Assembly: GCF_963921235.1 (NCBI RefSeq)
Contig: NC_086118.1
Location: 21,702,001-21,766,000, forward strand
Length of the DNA: 64,000 nucleotides
Reading direction: 5' to 3'
Source of the DNA: Mobula hypostoma
Taxonomy: Eukaryota
Part shown: positions 1-11,900 of the stretch, one piece after another
How positions within the stretch are numbered: position 1 is the first letter of the stretch
How the letters are laid out: every line of letters starts with the position of its first letter
Position numbers and translations under genes: made by a program
The notes under the pieces: model-generated
Told to the model about the DNA's origin: nothing
What the model saw: the letters and a program-made list of their open reading frames with translations, nothing else
Database searches by the model: none

Positions 1-127
1 AAAGTCTGTTTTCTAACAGTATTATTTGAATTGATGTCTCCATGGTAAAATAACTGAACTGTCCTGAAGCATTGTCCTGGGACAAAGGAGATTCAGCATT
101 TCAGTCTCATACTTTTAGCGTACTTAC

Positions 128-214
128 AGAAGCCCAGATTTAATTTTATTAAGTGCTTATGATGCAAACAGTATGATCTCACATCTGGACGGCTGTGTTG
201 GATTGAAGCACAGA
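128..214 (-). CDS. Candidate internal exon (87 nt, phase 1-1) of an unidentified minus-strand gene
   Basis: The minus strand reads ttcttattttaatttctttgacctacttcag|TCTGTG...GGCTTCT|gtaagt: pyrimidine tract, AG acceptor and consensus donor. The length is a multiple of 3 and one frame is open (xCASIQHSRPDVRSYCLHHKHLIKLNLGFx). Protein not recognised. Confidence 0.45.
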
Positions 215-386
215 CTGAAGTAGGTCAAAGAAATTAAAATAAGAAACAACAAAGTTGTAAATAAAACTGTACTCCAGTAGAAGTTTGTAGTAGTTCTTGC
301 TTAAGCTTAAGACTGAATACATCATCGTACATAAGCATACACAAATTGCAGAGAAGGTTGGCATTAATCAGCTGTCCCTTGAACAC

Positions 387-563
387 AAAGAGAAGTTATA
401 ATATGTTTGCTAATGTATTTGGACACTACATTTATATGTTTACATGTGAAGTCTTCAAGCCATTCTGGAGTATTCAGTCTGCAGCAATGGCTTGAAGACT
501 TCACATGTAAATATATAAATGCAGTGTCCAAATACATTAGCAAACATATTATAACTTCTCTTT
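387..563. repeat. Long inverted repeat 1 (~78-bp arms, 21-nt spacer)
   Basis: 387-464 is the reverse complement of 486-563 with 2 mismatches. Confidence 0.95.
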
Positions 564-564
564 A

Positions 565-733
565 TGTAGCCATAATATGATCACAATTAGATAGGAAAGT
601 CTGATTTTTTGTCTGCTTTGTAACAATTTAATATTGTCATCAACAATCTGTTGTTGATGACAATATTAAATTGTTACAAAGCAGACAAAAAAATCAGACT
701 TTCCTATCTAATTGTGATCATATTATGGCTACA
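565..733. repeat. Long inverted repeat 2 (~82-bp arms, 4-nt spacer)
   Basis: 565-646 is the reverse complement of 651-733; the only difference is a T6 versus A7 homopolymer. Confidence 0.95.
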
Positions 734-924
734 GGCATTGATATAAGTAGAATAGCATTACAAAAGTCATCGCTAAATATCTTGAAGTATCTATGCTGAA
801 TAATTGCAGCTTGTATTTTCATAATCAAACAGATTTCGGAATGCTTCACTTTAACGGAGGACAACAGGACTGGAAGGATTACGTAAAAAAGAACAGGGTA
901 AAGATTAGGTGAACTTAAGCATGT

Positions 925-2655
925 TGAAGGGACATAATCAGCTCTTTCGTCTTACCGACATTGTGTGCAAGGTTGTTGCTGCAACATCACTACACAATTT
1001 GGCATATCTCACTCCTGTACGCCCTTTTGTTTCCATCTCAGATTCTGCTAACAAAGGTTGTATCAGTAAATTTATAGATAGTATTTGAGCTATGCCTAGC
1101 CAGAGTCATGTGTATATAGAGAGTAGAGCAATGGGTGAAGCACACATACCTGAGGTGCACCAGTGTTGATCATCAGCAAGGAGGATATATAATCACTAAT
1201 CCACACAGATTGTGGTCTTCCGGTTAGGAAGTCGTGGATCCAATTGCAGATGGAGGTACAGAGGCCCAGGTTCTGTAACTTCTCAATCAGGATCGTGGGA
1301 ATGATGGCGTTAAATGCTGAGCTCTGGCATCTTAACATAGGTGTTTGTATTGTCCAGGTGATCTAAGGCCATGTGAAGAGCCATTGAGTTAGCACCTGCC
1401 GTTGACCTATTGTGGCGATAGGCAAACTGTAGTGGGTCCAGGTCCTTGTTGAGGCAGGAGTTCAGTCTAGTCAAAAAAATCTCTCAAAGCACTTCATCAC
1501 TGTAGTTATGAGTGCTATTGGGTGATGTCATTAAGGCAGCCCACATTATTCTTCTTCGGCACTGGTATAATTGTTGCCTTTTTGAAGCAAGTGGGAACTT
1601 CCACCCAAAGCAGAGAGAGGTTGAAAAAGTCCTTGAATATTTCCGCCAGTTGGTTGGCATAAGTTTTCAGAGCCTTACCAGGTACTCCATTGGGACCCTC
1701 CGCCTTGAGAGAGTTCACCCTCTTTAAAGATAGCCTAACATCGGCCTCTGAGACAGAGGTCACAGGGTCATTGGGTGCAGCAGGGATTTCACAGGGGTAG
1801 TTATATTCTCCTTTTCAAAGCGGACATTGAAGGCATTGAGTTCATCTGTTTGTGAAGCATCACTGCCATTCATGCTATTGGGTTTTGCTTTGTAGGAAGT
1901 AATGTATTGCAAACCCTGCCAGAGTTGTCGTACACTCGATGTCACTTCCAACCTTAGTCTTGAATGCCACAGATCCAGCCTTCAGCAGACGACGTACTTC
2001 CTGGTTCATCCACGGCTTTTGGTTTGGGAATATACAGCAGGTCTTTATAGGCACACACTCATCCACACAGGTTTTAATGAAGTCGGAAACAACTGCAGCA
2101 TACTCATCCAGATTCGAAGATGAATCCCTGAATACAGTCCAGTCCACCGATACAAAGCAGTCTTGTAAGCACTCCTGTGCTTCTCTTGTTCATATCTTCA
2201 TGGTCCTCACCACTGGTGCTGCAATCTTCAGTCTCTGTCTATACTCAGGGAGTAGAAGCACAGCCAGGTGATCAGACTTCCTGAAGTGAAGGTGTGGAAC
2301 AGCATGGTAGGCATTCTTGATGGTGGTGTAACAGTGGTCCAGTGTGTTGTTTCCTCAGGTATTGCAAGTAATCTGTTGATGGTATTTTGCTCAGTGATTT
2401 TTTTCAGACTGGCCAGGTTAAAATCCCCCAAAACGATAACAAAGGCGTTAGGGTGCATTGTTTCATGCATGCTGATCCCATTGCTCAGATCATCTAGCTT
2501 GACTGAACTTGGCCTGAGGTGGAATGTATACCACTACCAAAATGATCCCAGAAATTCCCTGTGGTAAGTAAAATGGACAGCACTTAACTGCAAGATATTC
2601 CAGGTCTGGTGAGCAGAATTGGGACAGCACTGATATATTTGTGCACCAAGAAGAG
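925..2655 (-). mobile_element. Degraded Rex1/Babar-clade LINE (APE endonuclease + RT fragments)
   Basis: Broken ORFs with typical motifs: [51 protein letters not shown]...[12 protein letters not shown]...TGAPQ. Confidence 0.9.
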
Positions 2656-3409
2656 GTGTGCATTTTTCTAACACAATTCTTCCATACTTTCTCAAATAAT
2701 TGCAAAAAACCCAAAGATTATTAAGCTTAAATTGCACCCAATGTAAAGCTAATTTTCTCAACATTTTTGGATAGATTAACATCTAGAAATGTGCTTTTTG
2801 GATTAGAGTGAGGTCTAAATACTGAATATCAGGACAATGGAAACACAAGGTATGGTCAAGGAACACACTGCCTCTCCACACAATCAAAATCTAATTTCGA
2901 TTGTGTGGAGAGAGGCTGTTTACAATATTGAAGATTCATGATAAAGTGTGATGGACAATGGTGAGGACAAGCTGACATTAGCAACAGGTTGTGTGACAAA
3001 ATCAACAGCTCGAGGCTGCCTAAGATAATGCCAGGATGACATGTCATGTTTAAAGATAAATAGATTCAGGAAGAAGAGGAAGTTCATGACTTTGGTTATG
3101 CCTGTTCAAGGCTAGATGTAATTTTGGGGTGTTCAGTCTATTAAAACCAATACTCTATGTGCCTCACAAATGTACTAGCAATAAGATTTTAAACTTAGCT
3201 CAGTGAATAACATCATCATCTGATTAAGGAGGTAAACGTCCCAGTCCACACATTTATCAGGTAAAATTAGACTGTAGTTACAGCCTATCTACATACTGTA
3301 GCAGTATCTACATTGTAACAATTCTTCATTTCAGGATGCTATGACAGTGAAATGTTCAGGAATATAGAACACAGAACAGAACAGCACAGGAAGCTTTTTG
3401 GCCCACAGT

Positions 3410-3682
3410 TTCTGATGACACAACTGTTGATGGCCAAATCAAGGGTGATAACGAATTGAAATAAAAGAGGAAGATTGAAAATCTGATTGAATGATGCCAT
3501 AACAAGAAGCTCCCACTCAATGTCAGCAAAACCAAAGAGTTGAGTACTACTTACAGGATGAAGGAGCCAGAGGTCTATGAACCTATCCTCATTAGGCGAT
3601 CCGAGCTGGAGAAGGTCAGCAACTTTAAATTCATTGGATCTGTCCTAGAACAAGCACATAAGTGCCATCACAAAGAAGACAT
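3410..3682 (+). mobile_element. Rex1/Babar RT C-terminal fragment, interrupted by the next element
   Basis: Encodes DDTTV..., NVSKTKE and EKVSNFKFIG-like motifs; the host appears to resume after 4115. Confidence 0.7.
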
Positions 3683-4114
3683 CCTGGTGACCTTTTATTC
3701 ACTATTTTCATATGGTTTGATTTATCGCTCTTCCAGTTACTGTCTCAAAATTTTGGATTTGATCAGAAAGTTACTCTTTCTTCTTGCTTTTACTCTCAGT
3801 ATGGGCTGCCCAGTCCCTTTTTTTTCTTTTTCCTTTTTTTTTAAACTTTTGTTTTTGTTTATAGAGAATAGTGGGGTTCTTTTTAATATATACAAATAAT
3901 TATAAAAGTTTCTTTAACTTTTTTTCTTTTTATGAAATGATAAGAGAAGAATTGATTATCTCATTTTTTATGTTATATTATTAGAATAACATGATCTTGT
4001 TTATTTTACCTTTTATATGCTTTGTTATCAATATAGATATTTGAGATAATTCTCCTCTTGTTTGTATATATGAACTTTTAAAAAAAATTAATAAAAAGAT
4101 TGATAAAGAAAAAA
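3683..4114 (+). mobile_element. 5'-truncated poly(A) retroposon insertion (L1-like 3' UTR)
   Basis: 11-bp TSD AAAGAAGACAT at 3672-3682 and 4115-4125; T-rich body, AATAAA and an A-rich tail. Confidence 0.7.
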
Positions 4115-4222
4115 AAAGAAGACATAACAACCCCTCTAGACCCTCTCCAATGTCAGCACATCCTCTGTTAGATAAAGGGCCCAGAACTGTGAATCTGGCC
4201 TTATAATGCATTATAAAGCTTC

Positions 4223-7176
4223 TGTATATTTTCACAAATACAATAGCGTGAGGCGTTTTATTTGTCAGAAAAACCATAACAACTCATTTATTGTACTCCA
4301 AACACTGAGCACAAATTGCAGTAACAGTACTTAACGTAATTACACCACCATGTCAGGCCAGCCTCTTAAAACGAACCCCACGTCAATGTCGGTGGTTGTG
4401 CATTATGTACATTTCTACCAATTATATGACCCTGCACAGGCCCCCCCCAAAAAAAATCACTAAAACTGGCATTGTGAGCTTGTCCAGAGCTTGGATGAGC
4501 TGCCCGGCTCAAGTATATGTTTCATGGGTGGAGGAACAGCAGAGATCTCTGGCTTGTCTAGAGATGTGCTGACATGCTCAGGGTCATGTCATGATGGCAA
4601 CGGCACAGTAGCAGATTCCTTCACATCTTGGTGGGCCAGTTTAAGGTGATCTACTGAAATGCATTCAGGTTTACTGCTCTTCTCTGTGATAAAAAGTCTT
4701 GTTCCAAAATTCAGAATGAGCCATCGTTAAAGAGCCTAAGGTGATATTGGTATGTATCATGGTGGACAAAAACAAATGAGGCGGAATGTAGATCAACAGG
4801 TCAACGCTTGACTCTATACCAACTCAGCCATGGACGACTTTTGGAGCTGTTTTGACAATCATGCCAACTCTCATCCGTCAGGGAAGCCCTCAGAGCAGCC
4901 CTTAAGGAGTGGTGAATTCGTATATGCCATTGGACTGCTTTGATGTGATGTAGCCTAATGCAGAGGTTCTGGGCTATTGCAATCCAGAGGCCTGAGATGA
5001 ATTGGGGACTACGGTCAGAGGAAATACCAGATGGAGTGTCAAACCGAGCAACCCAGATGCTGATGAGTGCGTGAGCCACTTCTGTGGTCGTTGTCGATGC
5101 TAGAGGGATGACCTCTGGCCACCTGGTGGTACGGTCCATGAAGGCAAGAAGGTGTGTGAAAATGTGGGAGGGGAGAAGAGACCCAACAAAGTCCACATTG
5201 ACATAGTCAAACTGTCAGTCTGGGACCTCTAAAGGAGCCAATGCAACCTGAGCATGACGATTAATATATGCCAGCTGCTATTCCACGTAGGCAGTAGTCC
5301 AATCATGCACGTCCTTTCTAAGGCTGTGCCACACAAACTTTAGGACAACCAGTTTGTGATGCAAAAGGCTATGTATAGAGTCAAAAACAGTCCACCTTTA
5401 GTTTGCAGACACTCTGGGGTGAGGACGATCGGTTGAGACTGTTAGAGTGAGTTTTTTTGGGTAGATAATTCATTTACACTTAAGTGTCTTTGGCCACCAG
5501 ACTTCTATTTGACAAAGTACTGTGGATTGAGTCCACAACAATGCGCTTCCTAAATAGGTGTGAATACAAGATGCTTCTGGCGCTGTAGTTTGACTAGATG
5601 CTGTAGTTTCGAAGACAGTATTATCTATACTTTATAAATATTAATTGTCTTCTATGTTAGCATGGAAAATGCCAAATAAATGTATTGTGGATTTAACTTG
5701 CATTCCTAAAGGCTGTGGATACCAACCCAGACATGTTGGCGTCGGAAGGAAAGGATGAAGTTAGGAGGTCTGATGTTTGTATGTAGCTTCAAAAGGAAGC
5801 ATTGTCCATGCATTGTCTATAACTTTTTAAGTAGTGATTGCCTTTGTGTTCAGCATATAAATGTCGAGCCCACATTGGGCTAGCAGACCTTTCTACTGAA
5901 AGCATCTCCATCCGTATGATGCCTGCTGTACCTTGTTGTGTCAAATAAAGAAGCTGCTTTGTATCTACCAGTGACTCTGTCTCTCTGGTGATTTCATCGA
6001 CGCTACAACAGAGACATCGCATAGGAGAGAAACCCCAGCTTCCCTGAACTTAATGTCAGGCAACCGCAGGTCTGTGACTACTATTTGGTAAGCCTGGATC
6101 TCTGGGTCGGTAGCTTGGTCGGCTGCCATGCTGGGATAGTCAACCTCTTGCTTTCTGATTAATGGGTGATGTTGGCAGCACACTCACTTGAGCACGACTA
6201 TCACTCAGGAAGCATCGCTTTGAAAGGGTGTCTGTAATGAACAGTAGACGTCCCTGGCAGCTGGAACCCATGGTGTTCACAGACCTCTGATGTCCCAATG
6301 CCCTGGCACTGTCAAAGCTGCGAGGCGGTTGGCACTTCCTAGCATTCGTACCGAAGCAAACACGGTAAAAACACAGGCCTGGCATTGTTTGTTTCACAGT
6401 TGTGGGAATCCTTATGTTGGGGGCCTTGTTGAGTGGGTTTATTGATGCAGGAAAAGGAGGATGAATGGTGTGCTGCTGCCTAGCTGATTGTAGACTTTCA
6501 GCCATTTTAGCAAGCACCGTATAGTCCCTCAGGGGTACATTAGTGAGGGCTATGCGAACGTGATGGGGCACTCGGTGTATGGAGAGTTCTTTAAAAATAA
6601 AACAAAGATGGTGATTTCTCAGGAGAGACAGCATGTGGTCCATTAGTCATCACCGAAACAGGGCAAAGAGAACAACTATTTGGTGTATTCAGACTCCGAA
6701 AGTGCAAAAGTCTGTAAAAGCTAACTTCCAGTGATTGGTATTTATCAGGTTCAGGCAGGTGTTCTAGTAGACTCACCAGTCTTGCGGCCATGGAGATGGT
6801 GAATTTGGTGCCATGGGTGGTGATTTCCCACAACGCAAACTGGGCCTTGGCTTGCACAAACCAAACAATGCCATTTTGCACCCAAAACTCCGACAGTTTC
6901 AAAGCGACTGCATTGGCCAACATATTCAATAACTCTGGAATCATCATAGAGCATTGAGTTCACCTATGTAGGTTTTCGCCAATAAAACAGCGTATGTTTT
7001 ATATTTATGAAAAACCATAACAACTCACTTATTGTCCTCCAAGCACTAAACACGAGGCACAGTAACAGTACTTTACATAATTATGTCTTCACGTCAGACA
7101 TACTCTTGTAGTGAACCCCAATGTAATGTCGGTGGTTGTGAGCCATTTACATTTCCACCAATTACATAACCCTACA
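4223..7176 (-). mobile_element. Gypsy LTR retrotransposon, internally deleted (gag, protease, integrase; no RT/RNase H)
   Basis: Diverged ~210-bp TG..CA LTRs at 4223-4436 and 6967-7176; G-rich PPT next to 4437. Gag VALKLSEFW..VWFVQAKAQF, protease FLSDSRAQVSVLP, integrase MDFVGSL..DRTTRWPEVIPL..SDRSPQF. Confidence 0.9.
5440..6010 (+). mobile_element. Solo LTR nested in the Gypsy pre-integrase region
   Basis: TGTT...AACA termini and an exact 5-bp TSD GAGAC (5435-5439, 6011-6015). TATAAA near 5856, AATAAA near 5944. Removing it restores host LLCDVS-TDRPHP. Confidence 0.9.
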
Positions 7177-7259
7177 CCTCTGCTTAATTTCCTGTAATAT
7201 CTACATTGAAAAAGTTCATTACATCACAACTGCAACTGTGAAGGAACATTGAACAGTAC

Positions 7260-7462
7260 TTCACAGGAACAAGCTCTTTGGCCCGCGATGTTGTGCTGAA
7301 CTAATTAAAATATTGACACCTTTAGCCTGCACATGGTCCGTATCCCTCTCTCCCTGCAGAGTCAGGTGTCTAAATAAGAATTTCCTATATACCTCCATCA
7401 CCATCCATTGCAGCATATTCCAGGCACCCAGTACTCTCTGTAAAAAAAAACTGCCCTGCAAG
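7260..7462 (-). mobile_element. CR1 LINE 3' fragment
   Basis: FFLQRVLGAWNML motif followed by the CR1 3' tail. Confidence 0.7.
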
Positions 7463-8519
7463 TCTAGAGTTTATGAAAGGTGCAATGTATGTGTAAGTTT
7501 TTACTGCATTGCTTCTGACTTTTAATCAATTCCTTAAAATGTATTTCCTTGTTTAACTTCAAAAACACAATACTAATTTTCCAGTAATTTTCTTGCTAGT
7601 TAAGCCAACCCATTGAATTATTGCATAGAAGATTTGCAAGCTGTTCTCAAGGTGTAAATTACACCTTGTACTTGGTATAATCAGTCACACAGTGTAATTA
7701 TTTAGCGATGGCAGTTGTACCTCCCACAGTCACTGAGCCTATCTAAATATAATACAGCTGTGGCACATATTGTGAACTTTTCTTAGAAATCAACTCCTAC
7801 GCTGGTCTGTGAGAGGGTTGAAGCTGCCTAGGAATTAAAAGAGTACAAGAAGAAAGACAACAAAGTGGGTCATTAATCCCTGTGGAAAAAAAATCAACAG
7901 CTCGTGAAAAAAAACAGTAACCTGGATTTGCAAGGATATAATCAAAATATTGCAGCAACTGACAGGTAGGGTGAGCATGCCATGGGCTGTGTCAGTGATG
8001 ACCCCAAGGATCTGATCAGTCAGGGAGAAGATCAGTCAGGACTCTGACACACATTTGCTGAAGCATGAAATGCAGCCTCATTGATCCTGGGATTTGGGCC
8101 TTCCTTGTGGAACTTGTAGCCAGGCACTGAAAGGCGTTTAAAACCAATGGTTTTAAGAAGTTATCTCTCATGCTCCAAGAATGCATGGAGTACTGTCAAC
8201 GCTAGCGTGGGTGATATTTGTTCATCCTGGAGGTACTGGGTTCAGAAATGTAAATTATTTCATGACCTAGCTGGGTAATTGAATCCCTGTGAGTATGACC
8301 CTGGCCTGCACTGCTTTGTTTCAAGGATTCTTATGCAGCCTAACCTTAAATCCTTAAAGGGACCACTGAGGGGAACACTTAATTTTAAAATTAAGCATAC
8401 CTTGGCCTGGGATCAGCAGTATCTTCTGTGGTCCGCCATTGGCCTGTGTATACCTTCTCCTGTTCTCCTCTGTAAGGACCCTATCACTTACAACCTACTT
8501 CTATCTCCAAAACATCACT

Positions 8520-8569
8520 TGGTTCTATAATTGCCTAAATTCTGGTTCTATAATTGCCTGGTTCTATAA
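8520..8569. repeat. Short local tandem repeat (TGGTTCTATAATTGCC-like, about 3 copies)
   Basis: Seen directly in the sequence. Confidence 0.8.
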
Positions 8570-9996
8570 AGTTCGTTGTTGCTGAACTCATTCGTCATTG
8601 TAGCAGAATTAGGCCTTCTGACCCATTGAGTCTGCTCTGCCATTTGATCATGACTGATTTATTTTCTCTCTCAATCCCATTCTCCACAGTAGAATTAAGC
8701 TCCTTGCATTCATTATCTGACATTTTTTTTTAAATGGAGGTACCAGAAAATGTAAGGACACTAAAAAGCAAGTCCCTTGGCCACATCCATGCCTGTTGAC
8801 TTGACTATTCTGATATTTTTCCATTCCTAGCTGGATTCCCACTGTCCACAAATCTCAGTCCATTGATAATTCTGCTATCACTGGACTAGATGAAATGTTT
8901 ACAGGTCTCATTGACCAGTGTGACGAGAGTTCTTGACGAGGATGGTTTGGACCCAAATGCTGGAGTATCTGAAGCTAGGATCGAGACACTGCCTCAAACT
9001 GGATCTAAGCACAAATCAAATGCTAGATGGTATCACTAGTAGGGCTTTACGACTGAGCACCAAACCTCAGTTCAGGTGCTCTTTAAGTACTCAATTCTTG
9101 GCACCAAAACACGATTGCCAATTAGCAGGACTATTCTGAACCTTATAGGGGTTGCACCATCTATCCATAGTCCAGAAAGTAAGGGAGTCTAAATCCCAGA
9201 AGCTGGCTTGGTTGGGAGCACCTCGTAACAACCAGGGGATCATCACACCCCAACACCTCGTTATGTAGCAGAGTGATTGGAAACATTCCCGTGAAACTCT
9301 CATCATGTTAAGGTGCTTTGTAAGTGTGGGTTGTTGGTGTTGTGGGTTGCTATGATGATACCCTCGAGCTGCAGAGTCGTGTCTGAGGATTGATGTCTTT
9401 CTCTGAATGTATAACAGGCTCTCGCAGATCACCACCATTATTGTGATCAGTGAATTTCAAGCTGCTTTTGCATATCTGAAACACACCAAACATTTGACAA
9501 GTCCTGTCAAACAAGGATTGAATCACATTTCTACATCTCTCAATTCATTAGATCACTAGTGGCACTTGTTCACTGGTGGAACTGTTGGAAATCTGGTCCA
9601 ACGCTAATGGAATGTTGCTTTAAATGGATATCAACCAACCCATTGAGTTATACAGTTATATAACATGAACAGGCGTCTTTGGCCCAACTTGTCCAAGCAA
9701 CCAGGTTGTCTATTTGAGCTGGTTCCATCTATCTGTGTTTGGTCTGTACCTCCCCCCCGCAAACCCTTCCTATACTATATGTACCTGCTTAATGTCTTTT
9801 AAACAACATAATTGTATTTGCCTCTATCACTTTCTCTGGCAACTCAGTGCACCTACCCATCATCCTCTCAGTTGCCCCCCCCCCCACCAAGTCCCCTTTA
9901 AATTTGCCTTTCTCACCTTAAATCTATACCCTTTAGTTTCCCCTACCCTGGGAAAAGAGCCATTCACTTCATCTGTGTCCCTCTTGATTTTATATA

Positions 9997-10547
9997 CATT
10001 CAGTGGCTACTTTACTAGGTATCTCCTGCACTCAATAAAGTGGCCATTGAGTGTATGTTCAAAGTCTTTTACTACTGTTATCCACCGGCTTCAAGGTTTA
10101 ACATATTGTGTGTTCAGAGTTGCTTTTTTACACACCACTGCTGTAATGTACATTCTTGTCAGCTTGAACCAGTCTGGTCATTCTCCTCTGAGCTCTCTCA
10201 TTACCAATGTACTTCCACTCACAGAATTGCCACTCACTGGATGTCTTATTTTGTTTTTCACACCATTCTCTGTAAACTCTAAAGACTGTTCTGTGTGAAA
10301 ATCTGATGAGACCAGCGATTTCTGAGATACTCAAGCCACCCCATCTGGCACCAAAAATCATTCCACAGTCAATATCACTTAGATCACATTTCTTCCCCTT
10401 TCTGATGTTTGGTCTGAATAATAATCGAACCTCTTGACCATGGCTGCATGCTTTTATGCATTGAGTTGCTGCCACATGATTGACTGATTAGATATTTGCA
10501 TCAACAAGCAAGTGTACAGGAGTACCTAATAAAGTGGCCACAGAGTG
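9997..10547 (-). mobile_element. Non-autonomous Tc1/mariner element inserted in a CR1 fragment
   Basis: TIRs of the CAGTGGCCACTTTATTAGGTAC type. ORF 10128-10475 is a Tc1 N-terminal HTH remnant (GKKCDLSD..GARWGGLSISEIAG..TVFRVYREW). CR1 sequence flanks it (~9660-9995 and ~10550-10700). Confidence 0.9.
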
Positions 10548-11559
10548 TTTCTCTATAGGTCACCCTCAGTCTCTGGTGCCGCAGAGGAAAACGTCCCAAC
10601 CTATCCAGTCTCTCTTTAGAATTCAAGCCCTCCAGTCCTAGTAACAACTTTGTGAATCCTTTTGACACCATTTCTCACTTAATGAAAGCCTTCCTACAAC
10701 CAACATGCCACAGATTTAGTTGTTTTAACAATTTTTTTTAGCATTGTAGGGATGGTTTTGGGGCAGTGAGGGGAGTCAGGGATCAGGTGAAGGGCTAGGG
10801 ACAGGGATACGGGAGACTTAGTATTCAGGCTGGAGCCTAAGTCTCCACTCCACATCGAAGGCCAGCAACGTGGGCATGGGACATTTGTGGTCAGAGGTCA
10901 GGCTGGCAGACCAGTGTGGATGAAGGCTGGTGGTCCTCCCAGGGTAATTGTCAGTAGGTTCTGACTCAGAGTTCCATGTGGGCTGAAGGAATGAGGTCCA
11001 GTGACCCCCTGGGTATGTGAATCAGTCAGACAGAAGTTTGAGGCCTAGTGCTCGGGGCTCCCATCATCAGCAAAGCTGGATTTTGAAGTCTAGTGTTAGT
11101 GGGCCCCATGACCAATGACAAAGATCGAGGCCCACGGGGGCAACCAGAAGACCAGGAATCGAGGCCTGTTGGCTGGAGTCCCGAGACCGCAAATCTCTGC
11201 AAATCTACTGCGAAAAACGAAGTGCAGTGTTCGTGGGCCCGAGTCCGAGTCTGCTTGAGGCTGGAGGGTGAGGATGGCCTCTCCTAGGTTTGGAGGACTG
11301 TGTATGTGCATGGGAGGGTGGGTGCTAGGGAGAAACAAAGCTTGTTTTGCTAATTTTTTTTTGTTTTGATGCTTATGCCCTGCCTTGTTGTGTCCTGTGT
11401 TGCTCTGCTGAGTATTGTGGGCACGCTAAGCCAGTGCTAGAGTGTGCAGCGACCCTTGTGGGCTGCCCCCAGCCCACCCTTCAGCATGCAGGTTGTTAAT
11501 GTAAATGACTCATTTCACTGTATGTTTACGTGATACATAAATTTGAATCTTGAGCTAAG

Positions 11560-11900
11560 TGACCAGAACTCCATGCAAGTGCCATATAACCAACATTTTG
11601 TACTCAGTGTCTGCAGAACCCCACTAATCACTGGCAGCCATGCAGAAAAGGTTCCCCCCCCCATATACCCACTCTTTGCCTCCAGCCAGTCATCCAATCT
11701 ATGCTAGTATCTTTCCTGTAATATCATGGGCTCTTCTCTTGTTTGCCAGCCTCATGTGCAGCACCTTGTCAAAGGCCTTCTGAAAACCCAAGCAAATAAC
11801 ACGCACTGACTCTCCTATGTCTATCCTGCCTGTTATTTCCTTAAATAATTCCAATGGATTTATCAGGCAAGTTTCACCTTTAAGGGAATCATGCTGACTT
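11560..11900 (-). mobile_element. CR1 RT fragment
   Basis: FSAWLPVISGVLQ motif; upstream sequence resembles the QHGF..GK and DFQKAFDKV motifs. Confidence 0.75.

Noticed and set aside
833..912. + strand exon candidate (DFGMLHFNGGQQDWK...)
   Set aside because: Resembles decayed CR1 RT sequence and has no supporting neighbouring exons.
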